Shown: one piece after another, positions 1-10,211 of the stretch
How the letters are laid out: every line of letters begins with the position of its first letter
Numbering within the stretch: the stretch's first letter is position 1
Assembly: GCA_009392915.1 (NCBI GenBank)
Contig: CP045477.1
Span: 448,001-512,000, forward strand
Direction: 5' to 3'
Length of the DNA stretch: 64,000 nucleotides
Origin: Candidatus Forterrea multitransposorum CG_2015-17_Forterrea_25_41
GTDB taxonomy: Archaea > Iainarchaeota > Iainarchaeia > Iainarchaeales > CSSED10-239
Translations under genes and position numbers: made by a program
The notes under the pieces: model-generated
What the model saw: only the letters and a program-made list of their open reading frames with translations
Database searches by the model: none
What the model was told of the DNA's origin: nothing

Positions 1-133
1 TTAATTCTTCAAGCATTTCTGTTGCATATTGTTTTAAGCCTTCAGGTATCTGTATAGCTAGAGGAGAATCTTTTTCTACAGCTAACTTTTCTTTTAATTT
101 TATTATTTCTTTTAATATTCTTTCTTCATACAT
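1..133 (-). CDS. N-terminal fragment of a Dph2-like diphthamide-synthesis protein; the gene continues past the left window edge
   Basis: Not in the ORF track because it runs off the window. Minus-strand ATG at 131-133 is preceded by a GTGAT SD-like motif. Translation MYEERILKEIIKLKEKLAVEKDSPLAIQIPEGLKQYATEMLEEL carries the 'QxPeGLk' N-terminal motif I associate with archaeal Dph2. Confidence 0.4.
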   Translation of the reverse strand, partial: MYEERILKEIIKLKEKLAVEKDSPLAIQIPEGLKQYATEMLEEL

Positions 134-309
134 ATAATTATCACTTTTTAATATATATTTAAGGGACAAAAATGTTTATAAATATATGATAATTAACTCA
201 TATATTCTTATACTGAAAGAATATTTTTAAGAAAGAAATAAATACTAAAATAATCTATATTATATAACACTTATAACAAAAAAATTAAAAAAAAAGAAAA
301 TGATAAACT

Positions 310-1395
310 ATGAAATCAATATTAATGATAATTACAATAATTTTAATATTCTTTGCAATATACTTTTTTGGACTTTATTTTTCAATAAACAAATTATATT
401 TTTATTTTAATATAAAGCCTCTTTTAAACCCATTAGTAATATCTTTAGTTATCTTTGGTTTAGTTTTTTTAAGTAATTTCTTGCAAGAAAAGTTTAGTAA
501 TTATTTAACACAAGGCCTATACAATGGTGCATATCTTTTATTTGCCTTAGCCTTGATGCTTGTTTTTGTAACTGTTATCTTAGAGGGAATAAAGTTTATC
601 TTTAAGATAAATATCTTAAACCAGACTTTTGGTTTTATAATAATTATAGTTACTTTATTGTTATTTATCTTTTCTTTTATAAATGCCTTAAGCTATAATC
701 AAAAGGAGATTGTTATTAAGAGTGATAAGATATTAGAAAATACAAAAATTATTCATTTATCAGACATTCATCTTTTTGGTATTAACTCTAAACATAGGTT
801 TGAAAATGTTTATAAAAAAGCAATTAAGAATAATCCAGACTATATTGTTATTACAGGAGATTTATTTGATAGACCAGGAAAAATATCTTTAGACACTTTA
901 GAGATTACAAATAAAAATAACATACCTGTTATCTATGCTCATGGAAACCATGACCTTATGTATGGAAAAGAAAAAGTTTTAGATATTTTAAAAGATAGTA
1001 AAGTTATAAATCTTGATACTGATATTTATATAGATGAACAAAGAAACATCACCTTTAGTGGTGTTAGGTATGATAGAGCAAATGACTTTTTAAAAAAAGA
1101 GCTTTCTAAAATAGAGATTGATGCAAATAATTATAATGTTTTATTATACCATGAACCAATTGATATTCCTGTAGCTTCTTCTAAAAAAATAGACTTAATG
1201 CTTTCAGGCCATACTCATGGTGGACAGGCTTTTCCAATAACTCTTTTAGTTAAAGCAATGTATCCTTACTATAGAGGACTTTATGAGTATCAAGATATGA
1301 AAATAATTGTAAGTCAAGGAACAAACTTTTGGGGTCCTAAAATACGTTTAGGAACAAGAAATGAGATAATAACTATTAAACTTGAGAAGATATGA
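310..1395 (+). CDS. Membrane-anchored metallophosphoesterase (calcineurin-like, YkuE/YaeI type)
   Basis: About 4 N-terminal TM helices, then phosphoesterase motifs: HLSDIHL, GDLFD, GNHD, and GHTHGGQ near the C-terminus. Confidence 0.75.
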   Translation: MKSILMIITIILIFFAIYFFGLYFSINKLYFYFNIKPLLNPLVISLVIFGLVFLSNFLQEKFSNYLTQGLYNGAYLLFALALMLVFVTVILEGIKFIFKINILNQTFGFIIIIVTLLLFIFSFINALSYNQKEIVIKSDKILENTKIIHLSDIHLFGINSKHRFENVYKKAIKNNPDYIVITGDLFDRPGKISLDTLEITNKNNIPVIYAHGNHDLMYGKEKVLDILKDSKVINLDTDIYIDEQRNITFSGVRYDRANDFLKKELSKIEIDANNYNVLLYHEPIDIPVASSKKIDLMLSGHTHGGQAFPITLLVKAMYPYYRGLYEYQDMKIIVSQGTNFWGPKIRLGTRNEIITIKLEKI

Positions 1396-1652
1396 ATGAA
1401 CATTTAACTGAAGTTAAAGATTATCCTAGAAGCTTAAAGGAACTTGCAAATGAGGTTGGTTTTCTAAGGTATAAAGAAACAGCTGAATTTTTAGAATATC
1501 TAAAAGAGAATATTAAGGAACAATCAATTGCTGATTTTAAAAAGGATAGAAAAAAGTTATCCCAAAGATTAGAAGAATGTTCTAAGCATTTAGAGAATGC
1601 AAGAAAAGAAATGGAAGAAGCTTGGAATATCTGCGAGCCTTATATGAAATAA
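1392..1652 (+). CDS. Hypothetical small helical protein
   Basis: 86-aa ORF whose start overlaps the upstream stop (ATGA), suggesting translational coupling. No family recognised. Confidence 0.45.
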   Translation: MNEHLTEVKDYPRSLKELANEVGFLRYKETAEFLEYLKENIKEQSIADFKKDRKKLSQRLEECSKHLENARKEMEEAWNICEPYMK

Positions 1653-1840
1653 TTTTAAAAGAGATTATCCAAATAATTTAACTAGTTCTTTTTTACTCAT
1701 TTTTTTAAAACCATATTTTTTAATATGTTTATTTTGAATATCATTAAGCTTTTGTATATATTCTTCTTTAGGAATAGTTTTAGACTTAATATTGTTTTTC
1801 ATAATTTACATCGGATACATATTATTTATTTTAATAAATT

Positions 1841-3403
1841 TTATTTTCTAATATCTTTCTTTCTTAAAAGCCTATTGTAAGTTATAGCAAACCTATGAGT
1901 CTCATCTCTTATCCTCTGTAAAAGCTTTAAAGCTTTTGATTTTCTTGAAAGCTTAAGAGGAATTAAATTATCTTCTAAAAAGATTTCTTCTTCTTTTTTT
2001 GCAAGAGAGATTAAATTTACTTTTTTATAAAGGTTTAAAGAATCAATTGCTTTCTTAGCAGAAGATAATTGCCCTTTTCCACCATCAATAACAATTAGAT
2101 CAGGAAAATCTTTACCTTCTTTTAAAAGTCTTAAATATCTTCTTTTAACAATCTCTTCAATTGCTAGAAAATCATTATTTCCTTCAAAAGATTTAATCTT
2201 AAATCTTCTATATTCTTTTTTATTTTCTCTTCCCTCTTTAAACTGAACCATAGAACCTACAGTAAACTTTCCTGAAAGATGAGAGATATCAAAACATTCA
2301 ATAACTTTTGGAATTTCTTTTAAAGATAAAGCATTTTTAAGTTCTTCTAAAGCAAAAGTGTTTTCTAAAAATTTAATCTCTATGTTCTTATATGCAAAAT
2401 CTAGAAGTTCTTTTTTTTCTCCAGTCTTTGGAACTATTAATTTTATTTTTTTATTTTTCTTTTTAAAATAATCAATAGTTGATTGTTCTGGAAGATAAGG
2501 TAAAATTATTTCAAGAGATTCTTTCTTTTCTAAATATTTATCTAAAATAAAATCATCTAAAATAGTTTCTTCTTCAAAAACATCTAAAGTATATTCTCTT
2601 TTGTTAACTAAGATTCCTTTTGAAATATTAAATATTACAAAATAAGCTTTATTCTTATGTAAAATATAATTAACTAAATCTTGATTATATGTTTTTGTTT
2701 TTTCAACATTTTGTTTTAAAGATAAATAATCAATGGCATTTATCTGATCTCTTAAAACTAAAGCAGACTCAAAATTATTTTCTTTTGAAAAAAATTCCAT
2801 TCTCTCTTTTAAACTTTTTAAAACATCTTCAGTTTTTCCTTTTAAAAGAGAAGAGATTGTTTCAATAGTTTGAAGATATTCTTCTTTTGATATTTTATTT
2901 ATGCAAGGAGCAGAACATTGTCCTATATGGTATCTTATACAAGGTGTTTTAGGTAAAGTTTTACATGTTCTTAGTTTAAAATATTTATTTATATATTTTA
3001 AAAGATTATCTCGTTTTTCAGCAGAAGTAAATGGTCCAAAAGCTATTTGATAATCTTTTGGTTTTTCTCTTAAAATAAATAATCTTGGGAAAGCTTCTTT
3101 GGTTAAGGAAAGATAAGAGTATTCTTTTGAGTCTTTAAAGATGATGTTGTACCTTGGTTTATGCTTCTTAATTAAATTGTTTTCTAAAAGAAGTGCCTCA
3201 AGTTCGTTTTTTGTAACTATAAAGTCAATTGAGGAGATGTTTTCAACTAAAGCCCTAGTCTTTGGGTCTAAATCTTCTTTTGTAAAGTAACTTGTAACTC
3301 TTTTTTTTAAGTTTTTAGCTTTACCTATATAGATTATCATGTTATTTTTATCTTTATAAAGATAACAACCAGGTTCTATAGGTATTTTTGATAGGTCAAG
3401 CAT
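1841..3403 (-). CDS. uvrC: Excinuclease ABC subunit C (UvrC), short form without the C-terminal (HhH)2 domain
   Basis: N-terminal GIY-YIG motif (GCYLYKDKNNMIIYIGKAKNLKKRVTSYF) and a UVR-like helical segment. The C-terminal endonuclease domain ends ...DETHRFAITYNRLLRKK directly at the stop. Confidence 0.9.
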   Translation of the reverse strand: MLDLSKIPIEPGCYLYKDKNNMIIYIGKAKNLKKRVTSYFTKEDLDPKTRALVENISSIDFIVTKNELEALLLENNLIKKHKPRYNIIFKDSKEYSYLSLTKEAFPRLFILREKPKDYQIAFGPFTSAEKRDNLLKYINKYFKLRTCKTLPKTPCIRYHIGQCSAPCINKISKEEYLQTIETISSLLKGKTEDVLKSLKERMEFFSKENNFESALVLRDQINAIDYLSLKQNVEKTKTYNQDLVNYILHKNKAYFVIFNISKGILVNKREYTLDVFEEETILDDFILDKYLEKKESLEIILPYLPEQSTIDYFKKKNKKIKLIVPKTGEKKELLDFAYKNIEIKFLENTFALEELKNALSLKEIPKVIECFDISHLSGKFTVGSMVQFKEGRENKKEYRRFKIKSFEGNNDFLAIEEIVKRRYLRLLKEGKDFPDLIVIDGGKGQLSSAKKAIDSLNLYKKVNLISLAKKEEEIFLEDNLIPLKLSRKSKALKLLQRIRDETHRFAITYNRLLRKKDIRK

Positions 3404-3437
3404 AAATATATAGTTAAGAGAAACATTATAAAAATAG

Positions 3438-4541
3438 TTATCTTGGTCTTTTTGGTCTCTTTATCATTGGGTAACCTTTTGAAGGTTTAATTCTTTTAAG
3501 TTTAAAATCTTTAGAAAATAATCTTTTAAGAAAGCTTTCTTTTTTAACTTTTTGTTTTTCTTTTTTTATTTTTTCTACTTTGTTATTTTCACTAACTTTT
3601 TCTTTTTTAACTTCTTCTTTTGGTCTTAATAATCTTAAATCTTTTTCTTTAATATCTAAAACTTTTTTATTTTTTGTTTTTCCTAAAAGATAATTAATTT
3701 CAATATAAAGACCAGCTTTATTTCTATTTGAAACATTTCTATGAAGATATAGTTCTAATTTTTCATTAGGTGCATAATAAAGAGCATAATTTCCAAAAGG
3801 AATCATTTTTCCATTTTTAGTATGTTCAAAACCAAATTGAACCATAGGCATAAATAAAACTTTTCCTTCTTTTATTTGTGTATGCCCTTGAATGGATAAA
3901 AATTGAGAGGATCTATTATTAGTGTATTTAAGACCAGAAGAATAAACTCCTTCTTGAAATTTAAAATCTAAAATTCCTTCATAACTTGTAATTTTTCCTT
4001 GATCTATTTTTATTGATGCTCCAGCACCTATTTTTTTAGAAGTAACTGAAGATTGTAAAGAGGTTTTATCTAAAGGTTTAATATCTTTTAAAACAAAATT
4101 TGAAATTTCTTTTGAAAAACCAAGTCTTACATCTAAAGGTGTTTTTAAAAGTTTTGATAAATAAAGAGTTGAATAGATTCTTGCAAAAGTTAACTCTGGA
4201 ACTAATTTTCCATTTAAATAAAGATTATTTTTCCCAACTTCAACTGCAAAATTATATTGATTATCTTTTTTAAATTTTTTTCCAAATCTATATTCAAATG
4301 CTTGTTCTATAAATTTTTTAGAAGAAGAATCTGCTTCAAAACCATATGTTTTTGAAGAAAAAACATGTCCTTCTTTATAGATTGTAGGATATAGTTCAGT
4401 TGGGCTTATAAACTGTAAAGATTGAGCAGATATTTTTTGAGAACCAACTATAAGAGATCCAGAAACAGCTAAAGCTGTTAAAATTTTCTTTGGATCTTTT
4501 AAAAAAGATTTAATAAATGTAACTGGTTCTTTAAATTGCAT
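3438..4541 (-). CDS. Exported beta-rich hypothetical protein with a Lys-rich C-terminal tail
   Basis: N-terminal hydrophobic signal-like segment (ILTALAVSGSLIVGSQKISAQS), alternating-polarity beta-strand-like body, and a highly basic tail (KKEKQKVKKE...KRPKRPR). Confidence 0.55.
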   Translation of the reverse strand: MQFKEPVTFIKSFLKDPKKILTALAVSGSLIVGSQKISAQSLQFISPTELYPTIYKEGHVFSSKTYGFEADSSSKKFIEQAFEYRFGKKFKKDNQYNFAVEVGKNNLYLNGKLVPELTFARIYSTLYLSKLLKTPLDVRLGFSKEISNFVLKDIKPLDKTSLQSSVTSKKIGAGASIKIDQGKITSYEGILDFKFQEGVYSSGLKYTNNRSSQFLSIQGHTQIKEGKVLFMPMVQFGFEHTKNGKMIPFGNYALYYAPNEKLELYLHRNVSNRNKAGLYIEINYLLGKTKNKKVLDIKEKDLRLLRPKEEVKKEKVSENNKVEKIKKEKQKVKKESFLKRLFSKDFKLKRIKPSKGYPMIKRPKRPR

Positions 4542-4724
4542 GATTAATTACTTATTTATATATTATATATAATATATAGAAACAGACATTTAAATATTTA
4601 ATGCTTTATTTTATTAAAAAATAGATATAAATCTTCAAAAATATAATAAATTTAGAAAAAAATAAGAATCAAAACCTTTAAACACTTTCTTACATAATAT
4701 AGTTATTAAGAAAAATTTAGAAGA

Positions 4725-5324
4725 ATGATAATTATGAAAAAAATTAAAGAAAAATTTAACCTAAAACATGAAACTAAAAAACATACGTTAAGAAAATTCA
4801 TTCTAGTTTTTTTAGTATTAATTACATATTTTTTAATAACTTCTTTAAAAATTGGTTTTAAAGAAGGAATTTCAATAACATTATTAACATGGTCTTTTTT
4901 TGTTTTGTCAACTCCGATTGCAGATGCTGGTTTTTTATTAGATTTTCCAATAAGATTAATTACAAAATTAAGAATGGTTTATTCAGAAATAATTGTATGG
5001 GTAATTGCAATAGCTTTAAATATTTTTTATTTTTTTACAAATCCTGAAAGTTATAATCAAACCATACTTCTATCTCTATTTAAACAAATATTATCTCAAC
5101 CATACCCTCTATGGATAATAATTATTCTATCGGGAATAGGAACTTTTCTATCAATAATATTTTTTGATGAACTAATGGATGTTAAGTATCATAAACATAG
5201 AAAAAAATATCACAAACACATTAGTAAATATCAATATATATTATTTGTATTCATTATTCTCTTAATAATTACAATATACTACTTTGTAATCAAACAACTA
5301 GGTATAAATATTCCTTTATTTTAA
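4725..5324 (+). CDS. Polytopic membrane protein, unknown function
   Basis: 199-aa ORF with about 5 hydrophobic helices. The start may be the MKKIKEK methionine a few codons in. Confidence 0.55.
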   Translation: MIIMKKIKEKFNLKHETKKHTLRKFILVFLVLITYFLITSLKIGFKEGISITLLTWSFFVLSTPIADAGFLLDFPIRLITKLRMVYSEIIVWVIAIALNIFYFFTNPESYNQTILLSLFKQILSQPYPLWIIIILSGIGTFLSIIFFDELMDVKYHKHRKKYHKHISKYQYILFVFIILLIITIYYFVIKQLGINIPLF

Positions 5325-5327
5325 AAA

Positions 5328-8150
5328 TTAAGAGAAAAGAGGTTTAAGATACTTTCCAGTATAACTTTTCTTTTCTTTTAAAATTTCTTTTACAGGGCCT
5401 TCAAAGATTATCTCTCCACCTTCATCTCCACCCTCAGGACCTAAATCAATTATCCAATCAGAAGCTTTAATAACATCTAAATTATGTTCAATTACTAAAA
5501 CACTGTTTCCCTTGTCAACAAGTTTATTTAAAACTTCAATTAATTTTTTAACATCATGGAAGTGAAGTCCAGTTGTAGGTTCGTCCAACAAATAAAGAGT
5601 CTTACCAGTATCTCTTTTAGATAACTCTTTTGTAATTTTTATTCTTTGTGCTTCTCCACCAGATAAAGTTACAGAACTTTGTCCAAGCTTAATGTATGAA
5701 AGACCAACATCCATTAATGTTTTTAATTTTCTTTTAAGAGAAGGTATATTTTCAAAGAAAGTATAAGCTTCTTCAACTGACATATCTAAAACATCAGCAA
5801 TTGATTTTCCTTTATATTTTACATCTAAAGTTTCATGGTTATATCTTTTACCTTTACATTCTTCACAATCAACATAAATATCAGGCAAGAAATTCATTTC
5901 AATCTTAATTTGTCCATCTCCAGAACATGCTTCACATCTTCCACCCTTAACATTAAAAGAAAATCTTCCTTGATCATACCCTCTTATTTTTGCTTCTTGA
6001 GTTTGTGCGAAAAGACTTCTGATATCATCAAAGACTTTTGTATATGTTGCAGGATTTGATCTAGGAGTTCTTCCAATAGGAGATTGATCAATAGAAATTA
6101 CTTTATCTATTTTATCTTTATAAATAATTTCTTTATGCTTACCAGGACTTTCTTTAGATTTATAAATATCATTCATTAGTTGTTTATATAAAATATCATA
6201 AATTAAAGTTGATTTTCCTGAACCTGAAACACCAGTAACAGAAGTTAAAACACCAGTTGGTATTTTTACAAAAATATTTTTTAAATTATTTTCTTCAGCT
6301 CCAACAATTTCTATAAAGTCTTTTGGTTTTCTAGTTTCTTTTTTAATTTCAACTTTAAGTTCTTTTGACAAATATTTTCCTGTTAAAGAATTTTTATCAT
6401 TTAAAATTTCTTTAGGAGTTCCTTTTGAAACTATATAACCTCCATGAACACCAGCTCCAGGACCAATATCAATTACATAATCTGCTTTTAAAATAGTTTC
6501 ATCATCATGTTCAACAACAATTACAGTGTTACCTAAATCTCTTAGTTTAAATAAAGTTTCAATTAATTTTTCATTATCTCTTTGGTGAAGTCCAATAGAT
6601 GGTTCGTCCAAGATATATAACACACCTGTAAGGTTAGTTCCTAAGTTGGTTGCAAGTCTTATTCTTTGTGCTTCTCCACCTGAAAGAGTTCCTGCCTTTC
6701 TTGAAAGAGTTAAATATCCTAAACCAACTTTTTCTAAAAATTCTAAACGAGAATTAATTTCTTTTAAAATATGTTTTGCAATTTCTTCTTGTTTTTTTGT
6801 AAGCTTTAAATTTTTAAAAAACAAAATTGCATTATTAACAGACATATCAGTAATATCAATAATTGATTTTCCAGAAATTTTAACAGCTAAGACTTTTCTT
6901 TTAAGTCTTTTTCCATGACATTTAGGACATGGTAAAGTTTTCATATATTTTTCCATTTCTTGTTTTCTATAATCAGACTCTGTTTGATGATAAAGTCTTT
7001 CTGTTTGTGGAATTAAACCCTCCCATACACCACTATATGAAAAGTTAGAAGTTCCATTCTTTCCAGAAAGATTAAAATCAATTGGATTTTCAGAACCATA
7101 CATTAAGATATTATATTGTTTTTTTGTAAAATCCTTAATTGGCATTAAAGGAGTAAAACCATATCTTCTTCCAACAGCACTTAAATGTTGTCCTCTCCAT
7201 CCATCAACAGCATTTCTATAAACAGCAATTGCACCATCTGCAATTGATTTTTCTTTATCAGGAATAATTAAATCAGGATCAAAAATCATTTTAATTCCAA
7301 GACCAGAACACTCTTCACAAGCACCAAATGGAGCATTAAAAGAAAACATCCTAGGTTCAAGTTCTTCAAAGGAAAGACCACATATAGGGCATGCCATTTT
7401 TGAAGAATATATTTGTTCTCTTTTTTCTTTTTGAGAATATATTTTTACAAGTCCATCAGGAGATTTTTTAATAGCATTTGTAACTGCTTCTATAAGTCTT
7501 GATTTTTCTTTTTCTTCAGAAGATATTTTATCAATAACTATTTCAATATCATGTTTTTTATATCTATCTAAAGTTATTGTTTCATCAGTTCTTTTTATTT
7601 CTCCATTAACTCTAACTTTAGTATATCCTTCTTTGTTTAGTTCTTCAAAAACTCTTTCATAAGTTCCTTTTTTTTGTCTAATGATTGGTGAAAGAATAAT
7701 TATTTCATCTTTAAAAGAATCTAAAATATTTTCTGTTAGCTTTTGAGGAGATTGATTTTCTATTTTTTGAGAAGGATGATCAGGACAAAAAGGAGTTCCA
7801 ACTCTTGCATATAATAATCTTAAATAATCATAAACTTCAGTAACTGTTCCAACAGTTGATCTTGGATTTTTAGAAGTTGTTTTTTGTTCAATTGAAATTG
7901 CTGGAGATAAACCATCTATAGAATCTACATCTGGTTTTTTCATCATCCCTAAAAATTGTCTTGCATATGCAGAAAGTGATTCAACATACCTTCTTTGCCC
8001 TTCAGCATAAATAGTATCAAAAGCTAAAGTTGATTTTCCTGAACCTGAAAGACCAGTAATAACAACTAATTTATCTTTTGGTATATTTATATCTATATTT
8101 TTTAGATTGTGCTCTCTTGCACCCTTAATAATAATATCTTTTAATGCCAT
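5328..8150 (-). CDS. uvrA: Excinuclease ABC subunit A (UvrA)
   Basis: 940 aa. Two ABC ATPase modules ([23 protein letters not shown]), signature LSGGEAQR twice, and zinc-finger Cys clusters ([13 protein letters not shown]...CEECKG). Confidence 0.97.
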   Translation of the reverse strand: MALKDIIIKGAREHNLKNIDINIPKDKLVVITGLSGSGKSTLAFDTIYAEGQRRYVESLSAYARQFLGMMKKPDVDSIDGLSPAISIEQKTTSKNPRSTVGTVTEVYDYLRLLYARVGTPFCPDHPSQKIENQSPQKLTENILDSFKDEIIILSPIIRQKKGTYERVFEELNKEGYTKVRVNGEIKRTDETITLDRYKKHDIEIVIDKISSEEKEKSRLIEAVTNAIKKSPDGLVKIYSQKEKREQIYSSKMACPICGLSFEELEPRMFSFNAPFGACEECSGLGIKMIFDPDLIIPDKEKSIADGAIAVYRNAVDGWRGQHLSAVGRRYGFTPLMPIKDFTKKQYNILMYGSENPIDFNLSGKNGTSNFSYSGVWEGLIPQTERLYHQTESDYRKQEMEKYMKTLPCPKCHGKRLKRKVLAVKISGKSIIDITDMSVNNAILFFKNLKLTKKQEEIAKHILKEINSRLEFLEKVGLGYLTLSRKAGTLSGGEAQRIRLATNLGTNLTGVLYILDEPSIGLHQRDNEKLIETLFKLRDLGNTVIVVEHDDETILKADYVIDIGPGAGVHGGYIVSKGTPKEILNDKNSLTGKYLSKELKVEIKKETRKPKDFIEIVGAEENNLKNIFVKIPTGVLTSVTGVSGSGKSTLIYDILYKQLMNDIYKSKESPGKHKEIIYKDKIDKVISIDQSPIGRTPRSNPATYTKVFDDIRSLFAQTQEAKIRGYDQGRFSFNVKGGRCEACSGDGQIKIEMNFLPDIYVDCEECKGKRYNHETLDVKYKGKSIADVLDMSVEEAYTFFENIPSLKRKLKTLMDVGLSYIKLGQSSVTLSGGEAQRIKITKELSKRDTGKTLYLLDEPTTGLHFHDVKKLIEVLNKLVDKGNSVLVIEHNLDVIKASDWIIDLGPEGGDEGGEIIFEGPVKEILKEKKSYTGKYLKPLFS

Positions 8151-8510
8151 GAATTATCTTTCTTTTTAGCTTTAAGTATTTTTATAAAATAAATATAAAT
8201 ATGATTTTTAAATCATATAAAAGTAGTAATATAATATAGAGAGAAAATATTTATAAAAGGATGCAAGGTGCCTGGCCAATAAAGAAAATAAGAAGTTTTA
8301 AAGAAAATCTTTAACTTAAAAGGAGTAGATAAACCCAATAATACATATAAAATTAAAAAATAAGCATAAAATACACTTAAAACCTAAAATATACTAAAAG
8401 TTAACTATTTATTATGTAGTGAATATTTAAAATAAGGTATAAAGATTTATAAAGAGAAAAATACTATTTAAAATATTAAAAGTTTAACAATAAAAATAGA
8501 AAACTATTAA

Positions 8511-8777
8511 GTGTACAGGCACTTACTGGTCGAAAAACAGTTCAAGAAAACATTTAGCTTTATAAAATCTCAAGTCCGCAACCCAAAAAGCATCAAACAC
8601 TTAGGATACTGCTGCTTCCTTCCGGATCTGACAGGGTTTACTAAGATATTCGATCTTAATGGACGAACCGTCAGCAATTTTACAAAGAGTGCCTCCTTGC
8701 TTATTTGCCTTCCAGTAATAATCACTCCGGCTATGTAGATTTCCGGTAACAGGAGACTACAACCCCCCCAGCTAGCC
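8511..8777 (-). ncRNA. Archaeal signal recognition particle RNA (7S/SRP RNA)
   Basis: GC-rich island in AT-rich DNA. The minus strand starts GGCTAGCTGGGGGGGTTGTAGTCTCCTGTTACCGGAAATC, the archaeal Alu-domain 5' pattern. It also contains the near-universal helix-8 motif CCTGTCAGATCCGGAAGGAAGCAGCAG. The 3' segment CCAGTAAGTGCC can pair with the 5' GGC...CTGG. Ends are uncertain by about 15 nt. Confidence 0.85.
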
Positions 8778-8803
8778 TATACAAGTAATTAAAGTGACGA
8801 TAC

Positions 8804-8812
8804 ATTTAAAAA
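8804..8812 (-). promoter_or_regulatory. Candidate TATA box for the SRP RNA gene
   Basis: Minus-strand TTTTTAAAT centred about 31 nt upstream of the inferred RNA 5' end. The background is AT-rich, so specificity is low. Confidence 0.3.
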
Positions 8813-8941
8813 CACTTTGGACAATATATATAACATAAAAATAATGTATTAATTCACTAAAAAACAAAAAAAGGTGTGTTAATACCTTATATACAAAAAA
8901 GAAGCTTAATTTAAGCTTATTTTAATAATGAGGTGGATTGG

Positions 8942-10054
8942 ATGAGATCAATTGTATCAAATGCAGTAGAGCACAAATCTGCAGCTGCTGAGAACATAAA
9001 CGTTAAAGACAGCGAATTTGCAGCCCCAAAGATCATGGTTATGGGAATTGGTGGTGCAGGAAATAATTCTGTAAATAGAATCTGTGCAATGGGTGTTGCA
9101 GGTGCACAACTTGTAGCTATTAACACAGATAGACAACACTTAGGTATCATTTCAGATGATATAACAAAATTATTAATTGGAAAATCAGTAACTAATGGTT
9201 TAGGTGCTGGTGCATACCCTGAAATAGGTGCAAAAGCAGCAGAAGTTTCAAAAGCAGCATTAGAAGAAATCTTAGATGGTGTTGACATGCTTTTCATTAC
9301 TGCCGGAATGGGTGGTGGAACAGGAACAGGTGCAGCTCCAGTAGTAGCTCAAATAGCAAAACAACAAGGTGCAATTGTAATGTGTATAGTAACTTATCCT
9401 TTCGCACTTGAAAGAGCACGTTTAATTAAAGCAGAAGAAGGAATTGACCTTTTAAAAGATATTTGTGACACAGTTGTTGTTATTGATAACAATAGACTTG
9501 TTGAATTAGTTCCAAACCTTCCAATGCAAGATGCTTTCAGAGTAGCTGATGAAGTAATTGCAAGAACAGTAAGAGGAATTACAGAAACAATTACTCAACC
9601 TTCATTAATCAACCTTGATTACGCAGACATAAGAACAGTAATGGGTGGTAAAGGATTATCAGTTATCGCTGTTGGTGAATCACAATCTGTTAACAAAGTT
9701 GAAGAAGTTGTTGAAGACACATTAAAGAATGCTCTTTTAGATGTTGATATAACTGGTGCAACAGGTTGTTTAATCCATATTACAGGTGGAACTGAATTAA
9801 CTTTAGGTGAAGCTAACGCTGTTGGTGAAATGTTAACTGACCAAACAGATTCAAATGCAGCTGTTATCTGGGGTGCAAGAATTGATCCTACTTTTGAGAA
9901 TAAAATAGAAGTAATTGCTATTTTCACAGGTGTAAAATCACCATTCATCAAAGGAAGTAAAATGTTTAGAGGAAAAGATTCACCACAAAGCTACAACGGA
10001 AGTGGCAAAGGTGGAAGATCTTACGATGACAACTATGGATTAGATGTTTTATAA
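8942..10054 (+). CDS. ftsZ: Cell division GTPase FtsZ
   Basis: Tubulin/FtsZ signatures GIGGAGNNSVNRI and GMGGGTGTGAAPVVA. I prefer the ATG at 8942, preceded by GAGGTG (8930-8935). The ORF-track start at 8933 is a GTG inside that SD. Confidence 0.95.
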   Translation: MRSIVSNAVEHKSAAAENINVKDSEFAAPKIMVMGIGGAGNNSVNRICAMGVAGAQLVAINTDRQHLGIISDDITKLLIGKSVTNGLGAGAYPEIGAKAAEVSKAALEEILDGVDMLFITAGMGGGTGTGAAPVVAQIAKQQGAIVMCIVTYPFALERARLIKAEEGIDLLKDICDTVVVIDNNRLVELVPNLPMQDAFRVADEVIARTVRGITETITQPSLINLDYADIRTVMGGKGLSVIAVGESQSVNKVEEVVEDTLKNALLDVDITGATGCLIHITGGTELTLGEANAVGEMLTDQTDSNAAVIWGARIDPTFENKIEVIAIFTGVKSPFIKGSKMFRGKDSPQSYNGSGKGGRSYDDNYGLDVL

Positions 10055-10090
10055 GTAAAACATCTTTTCCTTTTTTTCTTTTTTTTATTA
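10043..10090 (+). terminator. Hairpin plus oligo-T terminator after ftsZ
   Basis: Perfect 9-bp stem gatgtttta/taaaacatc (10043-10064) with loop taag, spanning the stop codon. It is followed by ttttcctttttttctttttttt. Confidence 0.4.
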
Positions 10091-10211
10091 TTTTTCTATT
10101 TCTTTAAAACACAACAATTTTTTATAAAAATACACTATTTTTATACATTTCTTTACACTATTATATTAGTACTTTTAACAAAAATTACAAAAAAAAGGAG
10201 TTTGAAAACAA

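Noticed and set aside
1665-1802. 45-aa minus-strand ORF (MKNNIKSKTIPKEEY...ELVKLFG) just downstream of uvrC, considered as a detached UvrC HhH domain
   Set aside because: It has no SD and no helix-hairpin-helix (GIG-type) motif, and its composition is indistinguishable from random AT-rich ORFs.
5835-6918. Plus-strand ORFs 5835-6059 and 6646-6918 inside uvrA
   Set aside because: They are antisense to a full-length, motif-complete UvrA. The translations are low-complexity, and neither has a start context.
8511-8738. 75-aa plus-strand ORF from the ORF track
   Set aside because: It lies entirely within the SRP RNA gene on the opposite strand and starts with GTG. Its openness is explained by the GC-rich structured RNA sequence.
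8917-9951. Antisense ORFs inside ftsZ (8917-9297, 8957-9139, 9619-9951, minus strand)
   Set aside because: These are shadow ORFs of a Gly/Ala-rich, locally GC-rich gene. They have Ala/Pro/Ser-rich nonsense composition, no SD, and completely overlap a confidently identified FtsZ.
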